From the IMG/VR virus record IMGVR_UViG_3300043473_000028: a stretch of DNA of 64,000 nt; one strand, written 5' to 3'. Below are positions 46,227 to 54,494 of the stretch, piece by piece; positions within the stretch are counted from its first letter, which is position 1, and every line of letters begins with the position of its first letter. Origin of the DNA: an uncultured virus (IMG/VR IMGVR_UViG_3300043473_000028). Its lineage: Duplodnaviria; Heunggongvirae; Uroviricota; Caudoviricetes. The notes beneath the pieces were generated by a model. It saw only the letters and a list, made by a program, of their open reading frames with translations, ran no database searches and was not told the origin of the DNA. A program made the translations under genes and the position numbers.

Positions 46227-49200
46227 TGCCCGGCAAGCTCAAGCTCAAGGGCAAGGTATCAAAGGGTGCCCAATTCGCTAAAATAAAGTGGGACACCGCT
46301 AAGCATAAGCGTGACCAGAACACCGGGCGCTTTGTGCACAAGCCCGGCAGTGAAGAGTTCAAGGCTGAGACATACGGGCCCGGCAAAACCAGCAACGTCA
46401 AAAGCACCGACATCATCAAGCTGCACGTCACCAGCAACCCAAAGAAGCCGGGTAGCAACAGTGCTGACCGCTTTGCCCATTACAAGGATGGCATGACCGT
46501 CGGTGAGTTCAAATCTTTGGGTGGCAAGCCCAGTGATCTGAGCAACGACACCAGCAAGGGCTTCATTACCATCCATGATCCGGCCGCGCTGCCCAAGGGG
46601 CCGCCGCTGGCTGAACCTGAGCCGCCACCGCCGCCCAAGCTGTCGGTGGCTGAGTATGCCATCACCGGCAAGACGGCCAATTTTGCGCCGCACGACAAGA
46701 TCAAAATCCTGATCGGCCACAACCCCAAGAAGCCGGGCAGCATGGCGGCTGATGCATTCGCCAAGTACAAAGATGAGATGACGGTGGCTGAGTTCTACGC
46801 CGCTGAGGGCGGCAAGAAGAACGCCCAGAGCCACCTGCTGTGGGACACCAAGAAGGGCTTCATCAGCATCCACAACCCCAACGATCTGGCCGACATGCAG
46901 AGCGGCAAGCTGGGCCCCGGCGTGCTGGCCGCGCACATGAAGGGCAACGACGGCAAGCTTGGCGTGGTGACCAAGAACCCGTTCACGCCCGGCACCAAGA
47001 ACCACGATGATTTTGAGGTGACGGCCAAGCAAGAGGGCCTGACCACAGAGGCGGCAGTGACGGCCAAGCTTGACCCGGCCACGGGTGAGGCCAAGCCCAA
47101 GCTGGACGATCTGGGCGACGATGACTACGTGGTCAGCCAGTACGGTAGCGAATACAAGGTGTCATCCATGAAGGGTGAGGACGCCCAATTCAAGCAGGAC
47201 GTGGACAACCACCTTGCCTCTGGCAAATGGACGGTCAAGCCCAAGAACGCAGGCGTCAAGGACACCGATGTCATCCAGCCCGTCAACCCCAACACCGGGG
47301 CCGTGGGCGGCAAATACACCGTGGCCGAATACAAGACCCTGACCGGCATGGACAACAAGGGCATTGACGGGCTGGTGGCCGGGGGCAAGTTCAAGGTGAA
47401 CCCTGACGGGCCGGGCGTCATTAGCATGAAGGATGGCGGGCCAGTGCTGCCCAAGCCCGGCGTGCAGAAGCCTCAACCGGGGGCACAAGCGCAGCCACCA
47501 GCCCCCCCGGTCAAACCGCCGCCACCAGCCCCCGCGCCTGACCCCGTGGTGACCAAGCCCGCAGGCCCGCTGCCCAAGCAGATGGTGGATGACGACGACA
47601 TCCTTGAGACAGGCTCTGGCCTGACGCTGACGGCGGCTAAGTTCAAAGAAGATTGGACGGGCAACGGCTTCTCAGAAGAGGCGGCCATTCACAAGCTGAA
47701 CAACAGCCTTGCCGCAGGCCACGTCACGCTCAAGACCAAGCCCAAGGGCTGGTTTGACGATGATGTGGTTGAAACCTACATGGGCAACAAGCACACCGTG
47801 GGGGAATATAAGACCAAGTACCTCAGCGGCATGAACGATGACGAGGCCAACAAATTCATTGACGCGGCCATCAAGCAGGGTGACCTGAAGGCGGTGGCCA
47901 AGATACCACCGCCGCCAGCGCCGCCGCCCAAGCACAACTTCACGGATGAAGACCAATTGGTCACGCCACACGGCTGGGCGGGCACCGTGAAAGAGTTCAA
48001 AGACCTGACCGGTTTGGGTGATGGTGGCGTTCAGCAGAAGCTGGCGGCTGGCCATGCCACGCTGAAGGCCAAGCCCGTGTCAGACGCCAAAGCGTTCAAG
48101 CCCACGGTAGACACGCTGGACGATGATGATGTCATCATCACCAGCGCGCACGGCATCGGTTTGTCTGGTAAAGAGATAAAGGAATCGTCTGCCGGTAACC
48201 CCCACCTCAAGGCTGAGTATGACAAGGCGCTTGCCTCAGGTGATTGGCAACTTCAGGCTCAGGTGCACAAGACCAAGGCGGTTACCACGCTGGCTGGCGT
48301 GCCCAAGGCTGAGTACAAAGATTGGGAAGTTGCAACGATCACCGCCAACAACCCCTACCCGCCCAATTCTGAGGCGTGGGTGAAGTTCAAGAAAATCCAC
48401 AACACCTCAAGCGGCATGAAGAGCATGACGGTTGAGAAGTACCTTTCGTCAACTACCAACGTGGCCAACCAAGAGAAGATACTTGACCAGATGGTGGCGG
48501 ATGGCCACGTCAAGTTTGTCACGCCAGAGCACAAGAAGGCCATTGCCGAGCAGAAGGCCAAGTTTGCGGCTGACCAAGCGGTAAAAGACAAGGCCGCTAA
48601 GCAGAACACCTACAAGACCCACTATGAGCTACAGAAGCCCGCTGACCACCACGATGACCCCAAGTGGGGATCGGCGGGCAGCAAGGTGGCGGGCATCCAT
48701 GACTTGAGCGCGCCCGGCAAGACTGAGAAGATGGAGGCAACCCGTGTTGCCGTGAGCCTGAAATTCAACAGCAACAGCCATCCTGCGGTGAGCAGCTACA
48801 CGGGCAGTGGCTACAGCAGCATCAACTACACGCTGCGCAAGGGCGGCGGCTTTGACCACCTGACCCTCACTGAAAAGAAGCACGTCAAGGCGCTGGACGC
48901 CCTTATGGGCACCACCAAGGATGACGCCATCATGTGGCGCGGCATCAGCGGTAGCGGCAAGCTGAATGACATCCCGCCGCCGCTTGAGTTTCCAGACCTT
49001 GGCTTTGCCAGCATGTCTCACAACCCCAACCAGTCATTGAACACCTTTGCCGGTACATCCGCCATCACTGGCAACAAGGTGCTGTTCAAGGTGCGCGTGC
49101 CCAAGGGCACCAAGGGGGCGTTCATCAGCCGCAGGTATTCTGAGGCTGAGGCGATGAAGGATGAGGCTGAGGTGATCGCGGCACGTGGCACGCGGTTCAA

Positions 49201-49297
49201 ATACATCAGCACTACCGAAAACGTGACCATCGGCGGCTACACCAAGATTGACGTGATTGAGGTTGAGATTGTGCAGGACAATGGCGCAAACATCTAA
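46226..49297 (+). CDS. Multidomain protein: HxRD motif, tandem NPKK-type repeats, C-terminal R-S-E ADP-ribosyltransferase (VIP2/Alt-like)
   Basis: HKRDQNTGRF; two full NPKKPGS domains; YTGSGYSSINYTLR, MWRG, GFASMS, LFKVRVPKG, DEAEVIAARG. Confidence 0.85.
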   Translation: MPGKLKLKGKVSKGAQFAKIKWDTAKHKRDQNTGRFVHKPGSEEFKAETYGPGKTSNVKSTDIIKLHVTSNPKKPGSNSADRFAHYKDGMTVGEFKSLGGKPSDLSNDTSKGFITIHDPAALPKGPPLAEPEPPPPPKLSVAEYAITGKTANFAPHDKIKILIGHNPKKPGSMAADAFAKYKDEMTVAEFYAAEGGKKNAQSHLLWDTKKGFISIHNPNDLADMQSGKLGPGVLAAHMKGNDGKLGVVTKNPFTPGTKNHDDFEVTAKQEGLTTEAAVTAKLDPATGEAKPKLDDLGDDDYVVSQYGSEYKVSSMKGEDAQFKQDVDNHLASGKWTVKPKNAGVKDTDVIQPVNPNTGAVGGKYTVAEYKTLTGMDNKGIDGLVAGGKFKVNPDGPGVISMKDGGPVLPKPGVQKPQPGAQAQPPAPPVKPPPPAPAPDPVVTKPAGPLPKQMVDDDDILETGSGLTLTAAKFKEDWTGNGFSEEAAIHKLNNSLAAGHVTLKTKPKGWFDDDVVETYMGNKHTVGEYKTKYLSGMNDDEANKFIDAAIKQGDLKAVAKIPPPPAPPPKHNFTDEDQLVTPHGWAGTVKEFKDLTGLGDGGVQQKLAAGHATLKAKPVSDAKAFKPTVDTLDDDDVIITSAHGIGLSGKEIKESSAGNPHLKAEYDKALASGDWQLQAQVHKTKAVTTLAGVPKAEYKDWEVATITANNPYPPNSEAWVKFKKIHNTSSGMKSMTVEKYLSSTTNVANQEKILDQMVADGHVKFVTPEHKKAIAEQKAKFAADQAVKDKAAKQNTYKTHYELQKPADHHDDPKWGSAGSKVAGIHDLSAPGKTEKMEATRVAVSLKFNSNSHPAVSSYTGSGYSSINYTLRKGGGFDHLTLTEKKHVKALDALMGTTKDDAIMWRGISGSGKLNDIPPPLEFPDLGFASMSHNPNQSLNTFAGTSAITGNKVLFKVRVPKGTKGAFISRRYSEAEAMKDEAEVIAARGTRFKYISTTENVTIGGYTKIDVIEVEIVQDNGANI

Positions 49298-49333
49298 ACG
49301 AATGTACAATGCCCCGTGAAAGGATGACCCAGA

Positions 49334-49573
49334 ATGGCCAAAGAACCCAAGTTTGTACCCCGATTTACGCCGATCAACTACTTCGCTGATAGTGACCCCG
49401 ATCTGCCCACCGGCTCTGAAGATTACCCCGGCCGTGAGCGCTTTGGTGACTGGGATTTAGAGGGCATCGTGCCCTTGAACCCCGGTGAAGTGCTTGTTAA
49501 TGATGATCCTGAGGGTGACCCCGACAAGCTGGCCCGTCAGGGGGAAAAGAAACCCACCCCTAAGGCCAAGTAA
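49334..49573 (+). CDS. Small acidic hypothetical protein
   Basis: AAGGA SD; ERFGDWDLEGI; follows the ART gene. Confidence 0.6.
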   Translation: MAKEPKFVPRFTPINYFADSDPDLPTGSEDYPGRERFGDWDLEGIVPLNPGEVLVNDDPEGDPDKLARQGEKKPTPKAK

Positions 49574-49656
49574 AATATAGACCTATGCAAAGGCGCGGCG
49601 GGGGCGTATGCTTCCTACTATACCACACCATCACCGTCAACTGAGAGGGAATTATT

Positions 49657-49899
49657 ATGGGTGAGCCTGAAGAAATCGTTGAAGACAATTCTCTGCCCCG
49701 CCCGCCCCTGTCAAAGCCCGCCCCGCCGCCGCCGCCGTCCACTGAGCCAGAGATTGTTGAAGACAACTCTCTGCCCCGGCCGCCGCTTGAAAAGCGGCCC
49801 GACGCCAACCCGATCCCGGCCCAGCCCGTGCCCGTGCCCGGTGAAGAGCCGGTTGACCCGGCAGAGCCCGCCACGCGGTCTACCAAGAAGAGGACCTAA
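49657..49899 (+). CDS. Pro/Glu-rich small protein with internal duplication
   Basis: EIVEDNSLPRPPL present twice; GAGGGA SD. Confidence 0.6.
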   Translation: MGEPEEIVEDNSLPRPPLSKPAPPPPPSTEPEIVEDNSLPRPPLEKRPDANPIPAQPVPVPGEEPVDPAEPATRSTKKRT

Positions 49900-49901
49900 C
49901 C

Positions 49902-50738
49902 TTGACACTACGCGCCGTAGTTGAGAAGGCTGAGGACGTACCTGAGAACCTGAAGTCTGAGTACGTTGAGAAAGATGGCAAGTTCTATCTTGATCTGGAC
50001 GGCACCATCAGCACTCACACCAGCATCCTGCCGTTGAACATCGCCATGAACAACCTCAAGAAGGAAAAGAAGACGCTGCAAGATCGTCTTACCCTGCTTG
50101 AGGCCAAGACCACCGGCCTGCCGGATGATTTTGACCCGGCCAAGTACGCCGACGTTGTGGCTGAGCTTGAAACCCTCAAGAAAGACCCTGACCGGGACAA
50201 GGACGCTGAGGCCAAGCTTCAGAAAGAGCGTGAGCGCTATGAGCAGCGCCTGCGTGACGCTGAGGCCAAGCGGGTGGCTGACTTGAAGGCCAAGGATGGC
50301 GAAATCAATGAACGTGACACCCTCATTCATGAGACGCTGGTTGACGGCGGCCTGACTGAGGCGCTGGTCAAGCACGGCGTTGCAAAAGAGTTCATGGGTG
50401 CTACCCGTGCGCTGTTGCGCGGCAGCGTGAAAGTGCGCAAGGGTGATGACGGTAAACGCCACGCCGTGGTTGACACAGACCTTGGTGAGGTGGACATAGA
50501 TCACTTTGTAGAAAACTGGTCTAAGTCAGATGATGGCAAACCGTTCGTGGTGCAGGCCAAGGGGTCTGGTAGTCACGGCTCTGGTAATGGACGCGGCTCT
50601 GAAATCAACCCATGGGTTAAAGACAGCTTTAACCTGACGGAACAGGGCCGTATCATCAAATCTGACAAAGACAAGGCGCGCCGCTTGATGAAGACTGCGG
50701 GCCGCTCAGGGGCAGAGATAGACGCTGCACTTGCATAA
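49902..50738 (+). CDS. Capsid scaffolding protein
   Basis: TTG start; VPENLKSEYVEKDGKFYL, coiled coil, NPWVKDSFNLTEQGRI; directly before MCP. Confidence 0.8.
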   Translation: MTLRAVVEKAEDVPENLKSEYVEKDGKFYLDLDGTISTHTSILPLNIAMNNLKKEKKTLQDRLTLLEAKTTGLPDDFDPAKYADVVAELETLKKDPDRDKDAEAKLQKERERYEQRLRDAEAKRVADLKAKDGEINERDTLIHETLVDGGLTEALVKHGVAKEFMGATRALLRGSVKVRKGDDGKRHAVVDTDLGEVDIDHFVENWSKSDDGKPFVVQAKGSGSHGSGNGRGSEINPWVKDSFNLTEQGRIIKSDKDKARRLMKTAGRSGAEIDAALA

Positions 50739-50805
50739 GCTACCGCGTCATTACGGGTAGCTTTGGACTAAAAGAGCCCCCTGCGCGGCGTCATTACGCG
50801 CGCGG
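50737..50805 (+). promoter_or_regulatory. Twin hairpins with identical GCGTCATTACG apex in the MCP leader
   Basis: AAGCTACC-GCGTCATTACG-GGTAGCTT and GCGCG-GCGTCATTACG-CGCGC. Confidence 0.55.
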
Positions 50806-50891
50806 CAAAAAGCTCACCCCAACCCACGGTTAATCTAACTGGGTTAGGTCCATGACCAAAAATTCATGTGCCATACCAAGGAGATTGACCT

Positions 50892-51845
50892 ATGGCCGCA
50901 ACCAAAATTGCTGACGTGATCGTGCCGTCAGTCTTCAACCCGTACGTTGTTGAAAAGTCCACTGAGCTTTCTGCGTTCTTCACATCCGGCGTCATCCAGA
51001 CGGTGGGTGAACTGAACGTGTTCGGCATGAAGGGCGGCACCACGGTGGCCATGCCTTTCTGGAAAGACCTGACCGGCGCTGAAGAGGTGCTGTCTGACGT
51101 TGTGCCGCTGGGTGTGGACAAGATCACCAGCGGGCAGGACATCGCCGTGCTGCATGCACGCGGCAAGGCGTGGGGCGTCAACGATCTGGCAGAAGCCCTG
51201 TCGGGCGATGACCCCATGGAGCAAATCGGCGCACTGGTTGGTGACTTCTGGCAGCGCCGCTGGCAGGCCCTGCTGATCAGCACCCTGAAGGGCGTCTTTG
51301 CCAGCGCCAGCATGGCGGGCAACATCCACGACATCAGCGCCGCCGCCGCGCCCGACAACATCATCAACGCCAACACCATCGTGGACGCCATGTACAAGCT
51401 GGGTGACGCCAGCCAGCGCCTGACGGCCTTTGCCATGCACAGCGCCACCGTGGCCGTGCTGGTCAAACAGCAGTTGATTGACTTCCAGCTAGACAGTGAG
51501 GGCAAGCCCACCCTGCCCTACTACATGGGCAAGCGCGTCATTGAAGATGACGGCATGCCGGTGTCGGCTGGCGTCTACACCAGCTACCTGTTTGGTGCCG
51601 GGGCCATCGGCTACGCTGACGGCGGCGCGCCCACCCCCACTGAGACAGATCGTGACAGCCTTGCCGGTGAAGACATCCTGATCAACCGGCGTCACTTTGT
51701 CATGCACCCGCGCGGTGTGGCATGGGTGGGCACGGCAACCGGCGTCAGCCCCACCAACGTTGAGCTTGAGGTGGGCACCAACTGGAACCGCCGCTACCAG
51801 AACAAGAACCTGCGCATCGTGCAGTTCAAGCACAAGATCGTCTGA
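50892..51845 (+). CDS. Major capsid protein
   Basis: TKIADVIVPSVFNPYV, MPFWKDL, RGKAWGVNDLA, GKRVIEDDGMP, ETDRD, FVMHPRG. Confidence 0.9.
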   Translation: MAATKIADVIVPSVFNPYVVEKSTELSAFFTSGVIQTVGELNVFGMKGGTTVAMPFWKDLTGAEEVLSDVVPLGVDKITSGQDIAVLHARGKAWGVNDLAEALSGDDPMEQIGALVGDFWQRRWQALLISTLKGVFASASMAGNIHDISAAAAPDNIINANTIVDAMYKLGDASQRLTAFAMHSATVAVLVKQQLIDFQLDSEGKPTLPYYMGKRVIEDDGMPVSAGVYTSYLFGAGAIGYADGGAPTPTETDRDSLAGEDILINRRHFVMHPRGVAWVGTATGVSPTNVELEVGTNWNRRYQNKNLRIVQFKHKIV

Positions 51846-51861
51846 CCGGCGTTATGGCTCT

Positions 51862-51881
51862 GGGCGGGGGTGACCCCGCCC
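51862..51881 (+). terminator. Hairpin after the MCP gene
   Basis: GGGCGGGG-GTGA-CCCCGCCC; no clear U-tract. Confidence 0.45.
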
Positions 51882-51913
51882 GCCTGACAACATTCTAGAA
51901 AGGAGTACCCGTC

Positions 51914-52543
51914 ATGGGTCTGTCAGCATTCAGCCGCGCGCGTGTCTCACTGTTGCCTGAGAGTGAGCTTGAGGCCAAGCGCTTTGAAGAGTGGAATAAA
52001 GCTCACCAGAAGAGCTTCAGGGACGTAGACGAATTGCATGATGACCTAGCCTCTGACAAGAAGCTTGAGGCCATCCGCAAGGCATCCGACAAGGGCGTCA
52101 AGGCCATCGGTGAGAAGGTGGTGGCCGGTCTTCAAGAGAACGTTGAAGGCACTGAGGACAGCATTGACCAGCAGATGCGTGAAGACCACGTGCGGGACAT
52201 GGTGGGCCGCCGCCACGTGTCTGACCCGCAGGGTGAGCCTCTGAGCATTCTTGAGCGCCTGCATGAGCGCGTGCCTACCGGGGGCACGGCGTCTGAGGCG
52301 CTGATCGCCAAGACCGATGTCACGGGGCCCGGCCCCACCAAAGAAGAGGTTGATGCGGCGCAAGCTGAGCAGCAACCATGGGCACCGCCTGAAGATGAAC
52401 CAACTCCTCCCGCATCTTCAGACGGTGACCCTGTGGCTGATGAGCCCGCTGACCGCAAGAAGGTGCCGTCTACCGCGCAGACGGCCAGCAACACGCCGCC
52501 CAAGGCGGCGGCAAAAGAGCCAGAGCCCGCCAAGAAAAAGTGA
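51914..52543 (+). CDS. Acidic low-complexity hypothetical protein
   Basis: AAGGAG SD; begins MGLSAFSRAR. Confidence 0.7.
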   Translation: MGLSAFSRARVSLLPESELEAKRFEEWNKAHQKSFRDVDELHDDLASDKKLEAIRKASDKGVKAIGEKVVAGLQENVEGTEDSIDQQMREDHVRDMVGRRHVSDPQGEPLSILERLHERVPTGGTASEALIAKTDVTGPGPTKEEVDAAQAEQQPWAPPEDEPTPPASSDGDPVADEPADRKKVPSTAQTASNTPPKAAAKEPEPAKKK

Positions 52544-52550
52544 ACGCCTG

Positions 52551-53045
52551 ATGGCACACTACGGCACTGAGAGTGACTTTGAGGCGTATTGCCTCAGGCT
52601 GGGCTACGCCGTCTCACCCGGTGATGTTGACCCAGCGTTGGAGCGGGCTACCGCATATCTGGATGGCTATTACGGCGCACGCTATCCGGGTGTACCTACT
52701 GACGGTTATACTCAGTTGCTGGGGTGGCCCCGTACGGGCGTGGTTGACTGCCGTGGGTATCACGTGCCCTCAGACGTTGTACCCAAGGAAATAGAATACG
52801 CCACGTATGAGGCCACCCGCCGTGAGCTTGCCACGCCGGGTGGTCTGACCCCTGACGTGGTTGAGGGGCAGATCAAGAAGAGCGTCAGCGTTGAGGGGGC
52901 CGTGTCGGTGACCTACGCTGACCCGCAGGGCGGCGCTGTGGCGTCACAGCAGCCCGTGGTGACCCAGATTGACCAGATGCTGGCATGCCTGCTTGGCGGG
53001 GCTGTCAGTGGCCGCACCGTGACTAAGTGGCTGAACCGCACATGA
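52551..53045 (+). CDS. Head-tail adaptor (DnaT-like-domain family)
   Basis: ALERATAYLD..QLLGWPRTG..VPKEIEYATYE. Confidence 0.75.
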   Translation: MAHYGTESDFEAYCLRLGYAVSPGDVDPALERATAYLDGYYGARYPGVPTDGYTQLLGWPRTGVVDCRGYHVPSDVVPKEIEYATYEATRRELATPGGLTPDVVEGQIKKSVSVEGAVSVTYADPQGGAVASQQPVVTQIDQMLACLLGGAVSGRTVTKWLNRT

Positions 53046-53419
53046 GTGACGCTTTCTACAATGACATGGTGGGCATTGCCGGTGACCTGATCACTGAGTA
53101 CCAGCAAGGCACCATGCTGCTTGAGCGGCGCACGCAGCCACCTGCCACGCCGCCTGAGTGGAACCCACCGCCGCCTGAGCTTCAGCAGTACCCCATCGTG
53201 GGCGTGGCGCGCAACGTAGACCGCCGCTTTGTTGACGGCACGCTGGTGATGGCCACTGACCGCATGGTCACGTTTCCAGCGCGCAGCCTGCCCGTGGGCA
53301 TTGAGCCGCAGATGACTGACGTGCTGTACGTTGACGGCGCGCCCACCACGATCAAGAAGGTGATCCGGGTGCCCGAAGCTGGCATCATTATCGTGTTCAA
53401 GCTGATACTGGGGTCATGA
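53042..53419 (+). CDS. Head closure/stopper protein
   Basis: Position; RFVDGTLVMATD...EPQMTD. Confidence 0.7.
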   Translation: MSDAFYNDMVGIAGDLITEYQQGTMLLERRTQPPATPPEWNPPPPELQQYPIVGVARNVDRRFVDGTLVMATDRMVTFPARSLPVGIEPQMTDVLYVDGAPTTIKKVIRVPEAGIIIVFKLILGS

Positions 53420-53420
53420 C

Positions 53421-54494
53421 ATGGCCACCGGCATCCCCACCTCACTGCAAGAACTGGTTGACCAGATGGAACCGCAGGTGCGGCAGGCGTTCTTGGACGC
53501 CATAGCCGACATCAGCGATGAAACCACGCTGGCCGCGCTTGAGAAGGCCATTGCCACCGGCAACATTGAGTATGCGCTGAGTGTGCTGAACCTTGACCCG
53601 GCCATCTTCAGTCAGGTGGCCGATCAGGTGTCGGACATCTACCGCTACGCCGCCGTGCTGACCGCTGAGGCGGCGCGCGCCACCATCAACCCGATGACCG
53701 GCGCGCGGGTGATCTTCAGGTTCAATGTAAGAAGCCCCCCGGCTGAGGAATGGTTGCGGGTGACCAGCAGCAAGCTGGTTGTGGGCCTGAGCAACACGGC
53801 GCGCGCCACGGTGCGCCAGACCCTCTCAGACGGCATCGCCATAGGGCAGGGGCCGCGCACCACGGCCTTGGACATCGTGGGGCGGGTATCTGCCGTCACG
53901 GGCCGCAGAGAGGGCGGTGTGGTGGGCCTGACGCCCGCCTTTGCCAAGTACGTCCATAACGCCAAGATTGAGCTTCTGAGCGGTGACCCGGCCATGCTGG
54001 CCAACTACCTGACGCGCATCAGGCGGGACAAGCGCTTTGACGCCAAGGTTCACCGGGCGTTGGCATCGGGCAAGCCGCTGCTGGTGGCCGACGTGCAGAA
54101 GATGGTGGGCAAATATTCAGACAGCCTGCTGAAGCTGCGTGGTGAGAACATCGCCCGCACTGAGACGCTGCTGAGCCTGCACGCGGGGCAGGCTGAGAGT
54201 ATTCGCCAAATGATTGCGGCGGGCAAGGTGCGTGAGGATGACATCACCAAGATATGGCGCACCAACCGTGACGGGCGTGAGCGGCGCAGCCACTTCATCC
54301 TGCACGGCAAGAAGGTAGGATACAATGCCTACTTCATCAGCCCTGAGACAGGGGCCAAGATGCTGCACCCCGGTGACCGTGAGCATGGGGCGTTTGGTGA
54401 AGACGTGATCAACTGCCGCTGCCATGCCGAATACAAGGTGGATTACATCGGTGCCGCCGTGCGCATGCAGAAGAAAGCGGGGGTGACGCCATGA
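53421..54494 (+). CDS. Minor head morphogenesis protein (MuF/SPP1 gp7-like)
   Basis: RGENIARTET, KIWRT.RDGRER.SH, MLHPGD, INCRC. Confidence 0.85.
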   Translation: MATGIPTSLQELVDQMEPQVRQAFLDAIADISDETTLAALEKAIATGNIEYALSVLNLDPAIFSQVADQVSDIYRYAAVLTAEAARATINPMTGARVIFRFNVRSPPAEEWLRVTSSKLVVGLSNTARATVRQTLSDGIAIGQGPRTTALDIVGRVSAVTGRREGGVVGLTPAFAKYVHNAKIELLSGDPAMLANYLTRIRRDKRFDAKVHRALASGKPLLVADVQKMVGKYSDSLLKLRGENIARTETLLSLHAGQAESIRQMIAAGKVREDDITKIWRTNRDGRERRSHFILHGKKVGYNAYFISPETGAKMLHPGDREHGAFGEDVINCRCHAEYKVDYIGAAVRMQKKAGVTP

